A DNA stretch of 64,000 nt from a bacterium. Lineage in GTDB: Bacteria; UBA8248. Shown here one piece after another: positions 9,719 to 19,085 of the stretch (positions within the stretch are counted from its first letter, which is position 1; every line of letters begins with the position of its first letter). Where the stretch lies: positions 32,001 through 96,000 of the forward strand of contig CBDBZY010000029.1 of assembly GCA_965213685.1 (NCBI GenBank), in the 5' to 3' direction. The notes beneath the pieces were generated by a model. That model saw nothing but the letters and a program-made list of their open reading frames with translations, was not told the DNA's origin and ran no database searches. Made by a program: the position numbers and the translations under genes.

Positions 9719-10516
9719 TTAAAGTCCCAGCACCTCCGCCATGCCGTATAGGCCGGCGGGCTTGCCGAACACCCATCGCACCGCGCGAATCGCACCGGCC
9801 GCAAAGTTGTCCCGGCTCCCCGCCCTGTGGGTGATCTCCACCCGCTCGCCCATTCCGAAGAAATACACCGTGTGCTCCCCGGGGACGTCGCCGCCGCGCA
9901 GCGTCTGCATCCCGATGGCACCCGGCGGGCGTTTTCCGGTCTGCCCCTCGCGGTGAAAAACCGCGTCCCGGGGATAGCCTCCGCCGGTCGCGCTCGCCAG
10001 AATCTCGCCCATGCGCACCGCCGTCCCCGAGGGCGCGTCCACCTTCTGGTTGTGGTGCACCTCCATCACCTCGATGTCGTAGCCCGCGCCGAGGAGCCTG
10101 GCCGCCTCCTCTATCAGACGAAAGGCGACGTTCACCCCCACGCTCATGTTGGGCGCGACGACGCAGGCGGTTCTCTCGCCCAGGCCCGCGATTTCCTCGC
10201 GCTGCGCATCGCTGAAGCCGGTGGTGCCGACGACGGCGGCCATCCCCTTCTCCGTCGCCAGGCGCAGGTGGGCGACGCTCGCCTCCGGAACGGCGAAGGA
10301 GACCAGGACGTCGCCGGTCAACGAGGCCGGATCGGAGGTGAGGGGGACGCCCAGCTCCCCCAGGCCGGCGCGCCGGCCTGCGTCCTCTCCCAACCCCTCG
10401 AATCCCGCGCGCTCGAGCGCACCCGAGAGAGAGAGGTCGTCCGCCGCGGCGATCTGGTGGACGATGCGGCCCCCCATCCTTCCGCCGGCTCCGGCCACGA
10501 CAATTCGTATGGACAC
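9719..10516 (-). CDS. dapB: 4-hydroxy-tetrahydrodipicolinate reductase
   Basis: GAGGRMG, VVGTTG, APNMSVGVN, EVHHNQKVDAPSGTA and RGGDVPGEH motifs. GTG start at 10516 inferred from the RBS. Confidence 0.96.
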   Translation of the reverse strand: MSIRIVVAGAGGRMGGRIVHQIAAADDLSLSGALERAGFEGLGEDAGRRAGLGELGVPLTSDPASLTGDVLVSFAVPEASVAHLRLATEKGMAAVVGTTGFSDAQREEIAGLGERTACVVAPNMSVGVNVAFRLIEEAARLLGAGYDIEVMEVHHNQKVDAPSGTAVRMGEILASATGGGYPRDAVFHREGQTGKRPPGAIGMQTLRGGDVPGEHTVYFFGMGERVEITHRAGSRDNFAAGAIRAVRWVFGKPAGLYGMAEVLGL

Positions 10517-10686
10517 GGGATTCCCCTTATGTAGAAAGGAAAACAAGTCGTTGATCGTGCGGGGCATGATACGCTTCTCGCCCGAAAATGGGAACCTGCC
10601 GACGTCATAATGGGCAGGAGACAAGAGAAAGCGGGAGCACATCTGCTCCAGGGCCGGGCGTTTGATAATTTTGATAATATAGGGCG

Positions 10687-11319
10687 ATGAACATGCGCAC
10701 CCTCGCGATACAAACATGGGGATTTGGCCTTTTGGAAGTCCCGGCGGAAGGACAGGAAGAATCTTTGTGGGTCAAACGCTGCCAGAACGGGGACAAGGAC
10801 GCCTTTGAGCCTCTCGTCCGTCAGAATGCCGGGAAAATCCAGCGCCTCGTGTGGGGGATGCTTGGCGAGCGAAGAGAGGACGCGGACGACATCGTCCAGG
10901 AGATATTCCTCAAAGCGTATATCGCCCTCCCCAAATTCAAGGGGGAGGCCAGGTTTTCCACCTGGCTATACCGCATCGCGGTCAACCATTGCCGCGACCA
11001 TCTGAGGCGCAGCGCGCCCCTGCCGGTAGCACTCGCCGAGGATCAACTCGCCGGGAGCGCTTCGCCAGAAGACGCGGAGCGCGAGCGCCGGCTGCAGCGG
11101 AGGCAGGAGAAGCGCGCGAGCGAGGCGCTGCAAAAACTCTTGTCGCGATTGCCGGAGAAGCATCGCCGCATCCTCGTGATGCGCGAGCTGGAGGGAATGA
11201 GCTACGAGGAGATTGGCGACGTCCTGCAGATTCGGCCCGGCACGGTGCGCTCGAGGCTGAACCGCGCGCGCGCGGGCCTGTTGCGGGTGGCGGCGCAGAA
11301 CGACCGGGGGGAGAGGTGA
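10687..11319 (+). CDS. ECF-family RNA polymerase sigma factor
   Basis: DADDIVQEIFLKAY, FSTWLYRIAVN and EGMSYEEIG...GTVRSRLNRAR. Start uncertain. Confidence 0.93.
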   Translation: MNMRTLAIQTWGFGLLEVPAEGQEESLWVKRCQNGDKDAFEPLVRQNAGKIQRLVWGMLGERREDADDIVQEIFLKAYIALPKFKGEARFSTWLYRIAVNHCRDHLRRSAPLPVALAEDQLAGSASPEDAERERRLQRRQEKRASEALQKLLSRLPEKHRRILVMRELEGMSYEEIGDVLQIRPGTVRSRLNRARAGLLRVAAQNDRGER

Positions 11320-11807
11320 TGGAAGCGTGGTGGAAGCGGATGCTCGAGCGACGCCGCAACGCCCGGGGCTGGGATGCGCCCCGGCAGGAAAACGGGACGG
11401 TCGCCGGGCTCCGGTCCCTGTTCGAGGCCGCGCGCGACGACGCTCCCGCACCGGATGGGAAGCTGTGGGAGAAGCTGCGGCCCAGGCTCGCCGCCCATGA
11501 CGAGACTGCGGTCCGCCATTCCCTGCCTTTCGTCACGACGCTGGCCACGACGGGGCCCCGGCTCGCCGTCGGCGCACTGGGAGTCCTGCTCCTGGCCGCA
11601 GGCCTGTTCTGGATACAAGGGACGGAGAGGCGGGCGCGGGTCTCGCCTCTTCCGACGAATTGGACGCCCAGCCTGGACAATCCGCTGAACCCCCTCAATC
11701 CCCTGCAGGCGATCGGCCACGGCCTGGAGACGCAAACGGGCCAGGAGCTGTTGCGATACGTCGCCTACGGATCGCCTGATCGCGAGACTGCGAGACAGAG
11801 ACGATGA
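11319..11807 (+). CDS. Putative single-TM anti-sigma factor
   Basis: Coupled to the sigma gene (TGATG). LWEKLRPRL helix, then TM LAVGALGVLLLAAGLFW. Confidence 0.65.
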   Translation: MEAWWKRMLERRRNARGWDAPRQENGTVAGLRSLFEAARDDAPAPDGKLWEKLRPRLAAHDETAVRHSLPFVTTLATTGPRLAVGALGVLLLAAGLFWIQGTERRARVSPLPTNWTPSLDNPLNPLNPLQAIGHGLETQTGQELLRYVAYGSPDRETARQRR

Positions 11808-12280
11808 AAATCTGGTTCACCAGAGAATTCCTGAAGGCGTCGGCCGTCCTCCTCGTCGTGTTCACGGCGGGGGCCGGCACCGGCTATATCGGCGGGCGCA
11901 AATACGCCGAATACAGGCTCCTCAAAGACACCCGAGCCTTCTCGGCGCGGGAGGCCCGCTCCCGCCGGGGCAAATACGGGAGGCGCTTCATGCGCAGGCT
12001 GGAGCGGGACCTGAACCTGAACCCCGGGCAGCGGGAGAGCGTGAACCGCACGCTCCAGCGTCACCATGCGCGAATCCGGGAGATCAGAAACCGGATGGCG
12101 CCCCAGATGAAAGCCATCATGCGGGAGGTGCGCAAGGACGTGCGCTCGCTCCTCGACGACGACCAAAAGGTATCGTTCGACCGCATCGTCAAAACGTTTG
12201 AGGAAAGACGCAAGAGGAGGTGGAGAAAATCCGGAAGGCGCCATTCGGGCGCCCCGGCAGATCGGACGGAGAAGCCGTGA
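11804..12280 (+). CDS. Membrane-anchored CpxP/Spy/ZraP-like periplasmic protein
   Basis: N-terminal TM, with LNLNPGQ and LDDDQ (LTxxQ-like) motifs. Confidence 0.7.
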   Translation: MKIWFTREFLKASAVLLVVFTAGAGTGYIGGRKYAEYRLLKDTRAFSAREARSRRGKYGRRFMRRLERDLNLNPGQRESVNRTLQRHHARIREIRNRMAPQMKAIMREVRKDVRSLLDDDQKVSFDRIVKTFEERRKRRWRKSGRRHSGAPADRTEKP

Positions 12281-12353
12281 CTCCGTGCACAATCCGCAGG
12301 CAACAGATAAGCCGCCGCCAGAGTGAAACACAGCCGCCACACGAGAGAGGAGC

Positions 12354-12962
12354 ATGAACATGAGATTCTCAAAACGCCGCACCCTGTCGACAGCCGTCAT
12401 AGCCGCCGGGCTCGGCCTGGGCATCGCCGGTGCGTCCTGGGCCGCCAGCAACGATTCGCCGGGAGACGTGATGGCGGATTTCTCCAAAATCATGAAGGAC
12501 ATGATGAGGGACACCCATTTCGGACGGCATCGCGGAGCGCACCGCAAGCCTCCGCTGGCGGCGCGCCCGCTCGTTTCCATCGCGCTGCGAAACCATGAAA
12601 AGCTCCAGCTCACCGACTCCCAGGTGAAGCGTCTCAAGGACATCCGGGACGCTTTCTCCAAAAAGGCGGTCAAGCAAAGGGCGGAGATGAAAGCCGGCAG
12701 AATCGACCTCAGACGCGCCCTGGACGTCGAGAAAATCGACTTCGCCGACGTGGAGAAGAGGATGCGCGGGATTGCGGACATGCGGGTGAGCCTGAGGCTC
12801 GCGCGCCTTCGGGCGATTCAGGAGGGCAAGGCCGTCCTGAGCGATGCGCAGCAAAAACAGCTGGTAAAAATCGCTCGCGAGCGCCGTGGCCACGGATTCC
12901 ACAGGCAGATGTTCCGGGGCCGGGGACAGGGCGACGGGGGGAACCGCCCCCAGACTTACTAG
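12354..12962 (+). CDS. Spy/CpxP-family periplasmic chaperone
   Basis: Signal peptide, LQLTDSQ and VLSDAQ LTxxQ motifs, Met/His-rich N-terminal region. Confidence 0.8.
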   Translation: MNMRFSKRRTLSTAVIAAGLGLGIAGASWAASNDSPGDVMADFSKIMKDMMRDTHFGRHRGAHRKPPLAARPLVSIALRNHEKLQLTDSQVKRLKDIRDAFSKKAVKQRAEMKAGRIDLRRALDVEKIDFADVEKRMRGIADMRVSLRLARLRAIQEGKAVLSDAQQKQLVKIARERRGHGFHRQMFRGRGQGDGGNRPQTY

Positions 12963-12982
12963 TTCGCCAGGAACCATCTCCT

Positions 12983-13031
12983 CCGGCCCCCTGTGCGGCA
13001 TGGCGTGAAAAGCCGCGCCACAGGGGGCCGG
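12983..13031 (+). repeat. GC-rich inverted repeat (13-bp perfect stem) after the spy-like gene
   Basis: CCGGCCCCCTGTG (12983-12995) pairs with CACAGGGGGCCGG (13019-13031). Confidence 0.7.
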
Positions 13032-13053
13032 GGGCATCCTGATGAGAGAGGCC

Positions 13054-13212
13054 ATGTGGATTTTGGGATATGAGATATACGCGGACTATGACTTGCTCGA
13101 TCTCGCCCTGACGGCCGCCATCCTCGCGTCCTCCGGGGCGGTGTGCGGGCTCCTGCGAAAACTCGCGCACGACGACTTGCCGGGCGTGGGCACATCCGAG
13201 CGCTATCGATGA
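13054..13212 (+). CDS. Putative 52-aa small membrane protein (below ORF-track cutoff)
   Basis: GAGAGAGG RBS. MWILGYEIYADYDLLDLALTAAILASSGAVCGLLRKLAHDDLPGVGTSERYR has one hydrophobic segment. Confidence 0.45.
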   Translation: MWILGYEIYADYDLLDLALTAAILASSGAVCGLLRKLAHDDLPGVGTSERYR

Positions 13213-13297
13213 TCCCCAAAGACCGCATCTGCCGCCGCCGGAGCATAGGACGCCAGATGGGCACATCCGAGCGCTCGCTATTGATGATCCCCAAAGA
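13187..13297. repeat. Two-copy direct repeat (36 bp and 40 bp) separated by 35 bp
   Basis: TGGGCACATCCGAGCGCTATCGATGATCCCCAAAGA (13187-13222) and TGGGCACATCCGAGCGCTCGCTATTGATGATCCCCAAAGA (13258-13297). Confidence 0.85.
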
Positions 13298-13328
13298 GCC
13301 GGGCAGAGGCGAACTCTCCCCGGCTTTT
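13297..13328 (+). terminator. Probable intrinsic terminator between convergent genes
   Basis: AGCCGGG...CCCGGCT stem followed by a T tract. Confidence 0.55.
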
Positions 13329-13342
13329 CGGCTTTCGGCGGC

Positions 13343-14170
13343 TCAAAGCAACGCCTCTTCCGTCATCTCTCCGCGATAGACGAGCCTGGCCTCCCCCTCC
13401 ATATACACGTCGCGCGCCTCCGCGCCTCCGCCCTCGAAGTAGATTTTCAGTATCTCCCCGCTGCGCACCCGCACGTCCACGGGCGCGGCGAGAAGGCCGC
13501 GCGCGGCGGCGAGCACGGCGGCAGCCACGGCGCCTGTGCCGCAGGCGAGGGTCTCGTTCTCCACCCCGCGCTCATACGTTCTCAAAACCAGGGAATTCCT
13601 TCCGCTCACCTGGGCGAAATTCGCGTTCGCGCCCGCCGGGGCGAACGCTTCGTGGGTCCGAATCGCCCGCCCGTCGGCCACGACGTCGACGCCCTCGACA
13701 TCGTCCACAAACTCCACGGCATGGGGGACGCCGGTGTTCAGTTGATCCAGGAGCGCCTCCCTTCCGTTGACCTGGAGCGGGACGCGCGCGCGGTAATCGA
13801 AGGGGGGCGTCATCCGCAGTTTGACCCTGGAATCGCGCATCGTCGCGTCAATGACGCCTGCGATGGTCTCGAACGACACCGCATCCGTGGCGATGCCCAG
13901 CTCCTGCGCAAAGCGCGCGGCGCAGCGCCCGCCGTTTCCGCACATCTCGCCCTCCGAGCCGTCGGCGTTGAAAAAACGCCACTTGAAATCGGCCCGCTCG
14001 CTCGGCTCGATGAACATCAGCCCATCGGCGCCCACGGACTGTCCCCTGCGACAAACCCTCCGGACGAACCCGATCATCTCGTCGGCCTGGTGCTCGAGGC
14101 TCCGGTTGTCGATAAAGATAAAATCGTTGCCGCTTCCGCTGAGCTTGGTGAACGGGATCGTTTTGCTCAC
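13343..14170 (-). CDS. dapF: Diaminopimelate epimerase
   Basis: GSGNDF, EMCGNGGRC and TYERGVENETLACGTGA motifs. Confidence 0.97.
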   Translation of the reverse strand: MSKTIPFTKLSGSGNDFIFIDNRSLEHQADEMIGFVRRVCRRGQSVGADGLMFIEPSERADFKWRFFNADGSEGEMCGNGGRCAARFAQELGIATDAVSFETIAGVIDATMRDSRVKLRMTPPFDYRARVPLQVNGREALLDQLNTGVPHAVEFVDDVEGVDVVADGRAIRTHEAFAPAGANANFAQVSGRNSLVLRTYERGVENETLACGTGAVAAAVLAAARGLLAAPVDVRVRSGEILKIYFEGGGAEARDVYMEGEARLVYRGEMTEEALL

Positions 14171-15444
14171 GACATCCGCCTCTGTTCGATAAACGCCGGT
14201 ATGTGCTCGCCCCGAATGAGATCCTCATACGTCTCGCGCTCGCGTATCACGTGATAGTCGCCTCCGCGCACGAGAATCTCGGGCGGCCTGGGCCGCGAAT
14301 TGTAGTTCGACGACATGGCGAACCCGTAGGCGCCCGAGCTCATGACGGCCACCAGGTCGCCTCTGTGGAGTTCCGGCAAATCCCGGTCTTTCGCCAGGTA
14401 GTCTCCGCTCTCACATATCGGGCCGACCAGGTCCGTGACGTGCCTCGCCCGCCCCCTGGCCGCCTCCTCCACGGGCCACACGTCCTGGAACGCCTCATAG
14501 AGGCTGGGGCGGATGAGGTCGTTCATTCCGGCGTCGACGATGACGAAGCGTTTCTCGGGGTTCCTCTTCTCATACAGCACCCGCGTGACGAGAACGCCCG
14601 CATTGCCCGTGATGACGCGCCCGGGCTCGAAGATGAGCGTGCACCCCAAATCCTGGAGCCGCGGCAATATGGCCGTCGCGTAGTCTTTCGGCAGGGGCGG
14701 TGCCTCATCGTGATAGGTGATGCCGAGGCCGCCTCCCAGATTCAGGTAGCGGATGTCGCACCCATCCGCGCGCAGCTCGCGCACCAGGTGCGCCACAATT
14801 TCCACCGCATCGGCAAACGGGCCGCTCGTCGTTATCTGGCTGCCGATGTGGCAATGCACGCCGGAGGGCTCGACGCCCTCGAGCCTGGCGGCCTTGCGAT
14901 ACTGCTCCCGTGCCCGGTTGATGTCGATGCCGAACTTGCTCTTCTTCAATCCGGTGGCGATGTAGGGATGGGTCTGGGGGTCGACGTCGGGGTTGACCCG
15001 AATCGCGACCTGCGCCCGCTTGCCCAGGCGGCGCGCCACCGCGCCAATGTTCACCAACTCCTCCTCGCTCTCCACGTTGAACAACAGCACGCCCTGCTCG
15101 AGTGCGAAGGCGATCTCCTCGTCCGACTTGCCGACGCCCGCGAACACGATGCGCTCCGCGGGAATCCCGGCCTTGACCGCCCGAAACAGCTCTCCGCCCG
15201 AGACGATGTCCAGTCCCCCGCCCATCGCGCCGAACAGCCGGAGTATCGCCAGGTTGGAGTTGCTCTTCATGGCAAAGCAAATGAGTCGGGGAACGGAGGA
15301 GAACGCCTCGTCAAACACCCGAAAATGGCGCGAGAGCGTCTCGTGGCTATAGGCGTAAAAAGGCGTGCCCACCTCCTCGGCCAGCTGCGTCAAGGGCACG
15401 TCCTCCGCGCACAGCGCCCCCTCCTTGTACTCAAAGTGGTGCAT
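14167..15444 (-). CDS. lysA: Diaminopimelate decarboxylase
   Basis: FAMKSN, HCHIGSQ, LNLGGG, EPGR, GPICESGD and MSSNYNSRP motifs. Confidence 0.97.
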   Translation of the reverse strand: MHHFEYKEGALCAEDVPLTQLAEEVGTPFYAYSHETLSRHFRVFDEAFSSVPRLICFAMKSNSNLAILRLFGAMGGGLDIVSGGELFRAVKAGIPAERIVFAGVGKSDEEIAFALEQGVLLFNVESEEELVNIGAVARRLGKRAQVAIRVNPDVDPQTHPYIATGLKKSKFGIDINRAREQYRKAARLEGVEPSGVHCHIGSQITTSGPFADAVEIVAHLVRELRADGCDIRYLNLGGGLGITYHDEAPPLPKDYATAILPRLQDLGCTLIFEPGRVITGNAGVLVTRVLYEKRNPEKRFVIVDAGMNDLIRPSLYEAFQDVWPVEEAARGRARHVTDLVGPICESGDYLAKDRDLPELHRGDLVAVMSSGAYGFAMSSNYNSRPRPPEILVRGGDYHVIRERETYEDLIRGEHIPAFIEQRRMS

Positions 15445-15494
15445 TCTTCATCCTCTCTTTCCGAGGCCTCGGGGGAACGGCTTTTGGCGCACCG

Positions 15495-15611
15495 CTACCC
15501 TTTGGCAGCCGCCGCCTCCGGAGGCTTCGGCGGTCCCTTGACGCCACAACCCACGGCCCCCCACGCCAGCGCGGCCATCAGAAGGCTCGCCAGCAGGATT
15601 TTCCGCATCAT
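15495..15611 (-). CDS. lptM: Small lipoprotein, LptM (YifL/LppL)-like
   Basis: MMRKILLASLLMAALAWGAVG-CGVKGPPKPPE: lipobox plus CGxKGP motif, in the usual position upstream of lysA/dapF. Confidence 0.7.
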   Translation of the reverse strand: MMRKILLASLLMAALAWGAVGCGVKGPPKPPEAAAAKG

Positions 15612-15786
15612 CCCGTGAACTCCCACACGCCCCACGCCCATCCCGCCCTGGCCACGCCCGCCCGGCAACCCACAAAAACCGGCCGCCGCCCCAGGTGGTT
15701 GGCCGCGCCCGCTGGTCTGACCAGAGGAGCGCATTCGCGGGACAGGCCGTCGCCCGCACTCTACGCCCGCACTCTCTATATGCCCA

Positions 15787-17208
15787 CTATATGCCCAGAC
15801 GTTTTTTTTCCGCCCGTATCTGGGCCGCAACGCTGTTCCGGGAGGCGCCGCCGGCGCTGCTCCTCGAACGCAAGGATTTTTCCAGATGCGCCTCCGCCAC
15901 ATCCTCCTCGCGCAGGCGCGGGTCGGCCCGCTCCAAATCAGAGGCGCTCAACTCGCTCAGCGCCGCTCCCCTGTCGAGAGCGATCCGCACCGCGCGCCCC
16001 GCCGCCTCGTGCGCCTGGCGAAAGGGAACGCCCCGCCGCACCATGGCGTCCGCCAGGTCCGTCGCCGTCATATACCCCCCCTCTGCGGCCTGCGCCATTC
16101 TTTCCGGCCGGAACCGCATGGATTCGACCATGGGCGCCATGACCAGCAAGGAGGCCAGCAGCGTGTCGGCGGCGTCGAACAGGGGCTCCTTGTCCTCCTG
16201 GAGATCCCGGTTATATGTCAGCGGCAGCCCCTTCATCAAGGTGAGCAGGGCGAGAAAATCCCCGAAGACGCGCCCGCTCTTGCCCCGGACGATCTCCGCC
16301 ACGTCCGGGTTTTTCTTCTGCGGCATCAGGGAGCTGCCCGTGGCGAAGGAATCCGCCATCTCGGCGAAGCCGAACTCCCCGCTCACCCAGAGAACGACCT
16401 CCTCGCCCAGCCTGCTGAGGTGCATCATGGCGATGGCGGCGGCAGATGCGAACTCCAGGGCGAAATCCCGATCGCTCACCGCGTCCATGCTGTTCTCCGC
16501 AACGGAGGCGAACCCCAGCTTTTTCGCCACCGCTCCCCTGTCTATCGGGTGGCTCGTGCCCGCGAGCGCGCCCGCGCCCAGCGGCAAGACGTTGACCCGG
16601 ACGCGCGCCTCCGCCAGGCGCTCCGCGTCGCGCCGGAACATCTGGCAATACGCGAGCAGATGATGCGCCAGGGAGACGGGCTGCGCGCGCTGCAGGTGCG
16701 TGTAGCCGGGCATCACCGTGTCGAGGTGCGCCTCCGCCTGGGCGAGCAGGGCGCGCCGCAGTGCCGAGAGCGCCTCGCGCGTCTCGTCAATCTGATCCCG
16801 GAGCCACAGCCTCAGCGAGGTGGCCACCTGGTCGTTTCGGCTCCTGGCCGTGTGCAGCCGGCCGCCGGCGGCGCCGATGCGCTTCGTCAGCGCCGCCTCG
16901 ACGTTCATGTGCACATCCTCGAGGCCTGTCTCAAACCGGAACCTGTTCGCCCGCACATCCCGCAGAATGGCCCGGAGGCCGGAGACGATTTTGCGCGCGT
17001 CCGCCTCGGGGATGATGCCCTGCGCCCCCAGCATCTCCGCATGGGCGATGGAGCCGGCGATGTCATGGGCCGCCAGACGGCGATCGAAGGAAACGCTCTC
17101 GGTAAAGGCCTCCACGCGCGCGTCGGTATCGCCCTGGAACCTGCCGCCCCAGGGTTTCGGGGCCCGCACCCCCCCGGCCTTCGCTTCCGCTTCCCCTTCT
17201 TCCGGCAT
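15787..17208 (-). CDS. argH: Argininosuccinate lyase
   Basis: WGGRF, LHTARSRNDQ, PGYTHLQRAQP and GSSLMPQKKNPD motifs. Confidence 0.97.
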   Translation of the reverse strand: MPEEGEAEAKAGGVRAPKPWGGRFQGDTDARVEAFTESVSFDRRLAAHDIAGSIAHAEMLGAQGIIPEADARKIVSGLRAILRDVRANRFRFETGLEDVHMNVEAALTKRIGAAGGRLHTARSRNDQVATSLRLWLRDQIDETREALSALRRALLAQAEAHLDTVMPGYTHLQRAQPVSLAHHLLAYCQMFRRDAERLAEARVRVNVLPLGAGALAGTSHPIDRGAVAKKLGFASVAENSMDAVSDRDFALEFASAAAIAMMHLSRLGEEVVLWVSGEFGFAEMADSFATGSSLMPQKKNPDVAEIVRGKSGRVFGDFLALLTLMKGLPLTYNRDLQEDKEPLFDAADTLLASLLVMAPMVESMRFRPERMAQAAEGGYMTATDLADAMVRRGVPFRQAHEAAGRAVRIALDRGAALSELSASDLERADPRLREEDVAEAHLEKSLRSRSSAGGASRNSVAAQIRAEKKRLGI

Positions 17209-17443
17209 TTGGAGAGACCCTCTCTATAGAGCTTAGAGATGAAGAGCGGCGCGCCGCCCCGGGAGGGTTCCCGCCCGGGGAGCCAGAAACAACTGCTTAC
17301 ACGATAGGGGGCATGAGGGGCAACCAGGACAAGAAAGCGGGGAGATGCACAGAGCGCGCGCCATGTGGCGCGGCCCACTTGCGGGCGGTGCGCGCCTGCC
17401 CTAGGATGCGGAGGGTCTGCGAGTCATTTTTTGCCGCATCTTT

Positions 17444-18772
17444 GTGCCCGTGTCCTTTGGAAAGAATCATTTGAGACAAAACCACCGGCTCTTCTCGCCC
17501 AGGCAGTGGATCTTCATCGCCTCCGCCTTCGTGCTCCTGGGACTTTTCTCGGGACTGAACTTTCTTTTCGGCATATTCCTGAATCCCCTGATAGACGAAT
17601 TCGGCTGGAATCGCTCGACGGCCTCGGCGGCATACTCCATCAACATGTTCATGATAGCGTTTTGCTCGATGATCGCCGGCGGCCTCTCCGACAGGTTCGG
17701 CACCAGACCCGTGCTGATCGCCGGCGTGCTGATCGCCGGCGGCTCCCTGCTTCTCTCCTGCTTCATACAGAATTTATGGCAATACTTTCTGCTGACCGGC
17801 GTGATGGCGGGGCTGGGGCGCGCCGCCATCGCCACGCCCGTCCAGGCCTTCATTCAGCGCAACCTGGACAGAAACAGGGGGCTTGCCACCGGCCTGGCCG
17901 GCTCGGGCGCCGGCCTCGGCATACTGGCGCTGGCGCCTCTCACGGGCTTTCTCGTCAGCGCCCACGGGTGGCGCGTCTCCTACCTGGCGCTGGGAGTCCT
18001 CTTTCTCGCCATCGCCATCCCTGCGGCCATCGCCCTGAAAACGCAAAAACGGCGCGCGGCGCAAGCGAGCGGCGCGCATCCCCCCAATCATAATCCCCAT
18101 GATCCCCCGGAGAAGGCGGAGGAGTCCGCCCGGATACTCCCCGAAGCGTCCCTGGGGATGCGGGAGATTCTCAAGCGCAAGCCCTTCTGGATGATCATAT
18201 CGAGTCACGCCACGGACTGCATGTGCCACTCCGTTCTGATCGTGCATCTGGTGCCCATCGCGATCGAGGCGGGCATCTCCCACGTGCAGGCGTCGGGCCT
18301 CGTCGGCGTCATGGGGCTGGGAACGATCATCGGGCGAATCAGCCTCGGAATACTGGCGGATCGCATCGGCGCCAAACGCGCGCTGTTCTCCACGCTGATG
18401 ACGCAGACGCTGCCCGTCCCCCTGCTCTTCTGGATAGGCTCTCCTCTCGCATTCTACGCCGTCGCCCTGATGGTCGGGGTCGGCCTCGGGGGACACGGGA
18501 CGATGTACCCCGTGGTCACGCGCGAATACTACGGCCCCAAAAAGGTGGGCATCCTGTTCGGCGCCTTCATCACCGGCGCGAGCTCGGGGATGGCCACGGG
18601 CGGGTTCATGGGCGGACTGCTGCACGACCTGACGGGCGACTATACGCTGTCCATCCTGTTCAGCTTCCTGACCGGCGTGGCGTCCCTGCTCTTCGTGCTC
18701 TCCTATCCCTCCAGGGATGCGCTGAAAAAACCAAAAGACATCGCGGAGACCCTCGTCCAGCCGGCGGGGTAG
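17444..18772 (+). CDS. MFS transporter (monocarboxylate/OFA-like)
   Basis: About 12 hydrophobic segments; motif A (GGLSDRFGTR, GILADRIGAK). Start uncertain. Confidence 0.9.
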   Translation: MPVSFGKNHLRQNHRLFSPRQWIFIASAFVLLGLFSGLNFLFGIFLNPLIDEFGWNRSTASAAYSINMFMIAFCSMIAGGLSDRFGTRPVLIAGVLIAGGSLLLSCFIQNLWQYFLLTGVMAGLGRAAIATPVQAFIQRNLDRNRGLATGLAGSGAGLGILALAPLTGFLVSAHGWRVSYLALGVLFLAIAIPAAIALKTQKRRAAQASGAHPPNHNPHDPPEKAEESARILPEASLGMREILKRKPFWMIISSHATDCMCHSVLIVHLVPIAIEAGISHVQASGLVGVMGLGTIIGRISLGILADRIGAKRALFSTLMTQTLPVPLLFWIGSPLAFYAVALMVGVGLGGHGTMYPVVTREYYGPKKVGILFGAFITGASSGMATGGFMGGLLHDLTGDYTLSILFSFLTGVASLLFVLSYPSRDALKKPKDIAETLVQPAG

Positions 18773-18999
18773 GAGAATCCACGCGCCCCCGAGGCGTCCG
18801 GAACGCTCCATCGTGGAAACCGGAAAGCCCCGCCTGCCCCATGCCGGCATCCAGAACCAGACGCTCCCGCGCAGACTGGAAGCCGGGGCCATCGCGCGCC
18901 GGCGGCCAGAGGGCCATCTTGCGGAAGCAGCATCCACGCGCCCCTCATTCCGGCCGTGCGCGCCAGGAGATTTTTCCGTTCCAGAGGGGGCGTCCTCCC

Positions 19000-19028
19000 T
19001 TGACACCCGCTCGCGGTGCTGATACGTT
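19000..19028 (+). promoter_or_regulatory. Putative sigma70 promoter of the atp F0 operon
   Basis: TTGACA-N17-TACGTT with an extended -10 TG. Confidence 0.55.
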
Positions 19029-19085
19029 CCCGCCCGTACGTTCTGGGATGGCGGCGTTTCCTGTCATGCGGGAGAAGAAACAGGC

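Noticed and set aside
13187-13297. Calling a CRISPR array
   Set aside because: Only two non-identical repeats, no leader and no cas genes; kept only as a repeat.
17307-17322. GGGGCATGAGGGGCA also occurs near 58103
   Set aside because: A 15-mer match is expected by chance at this GC content, and there is no extended similarity.
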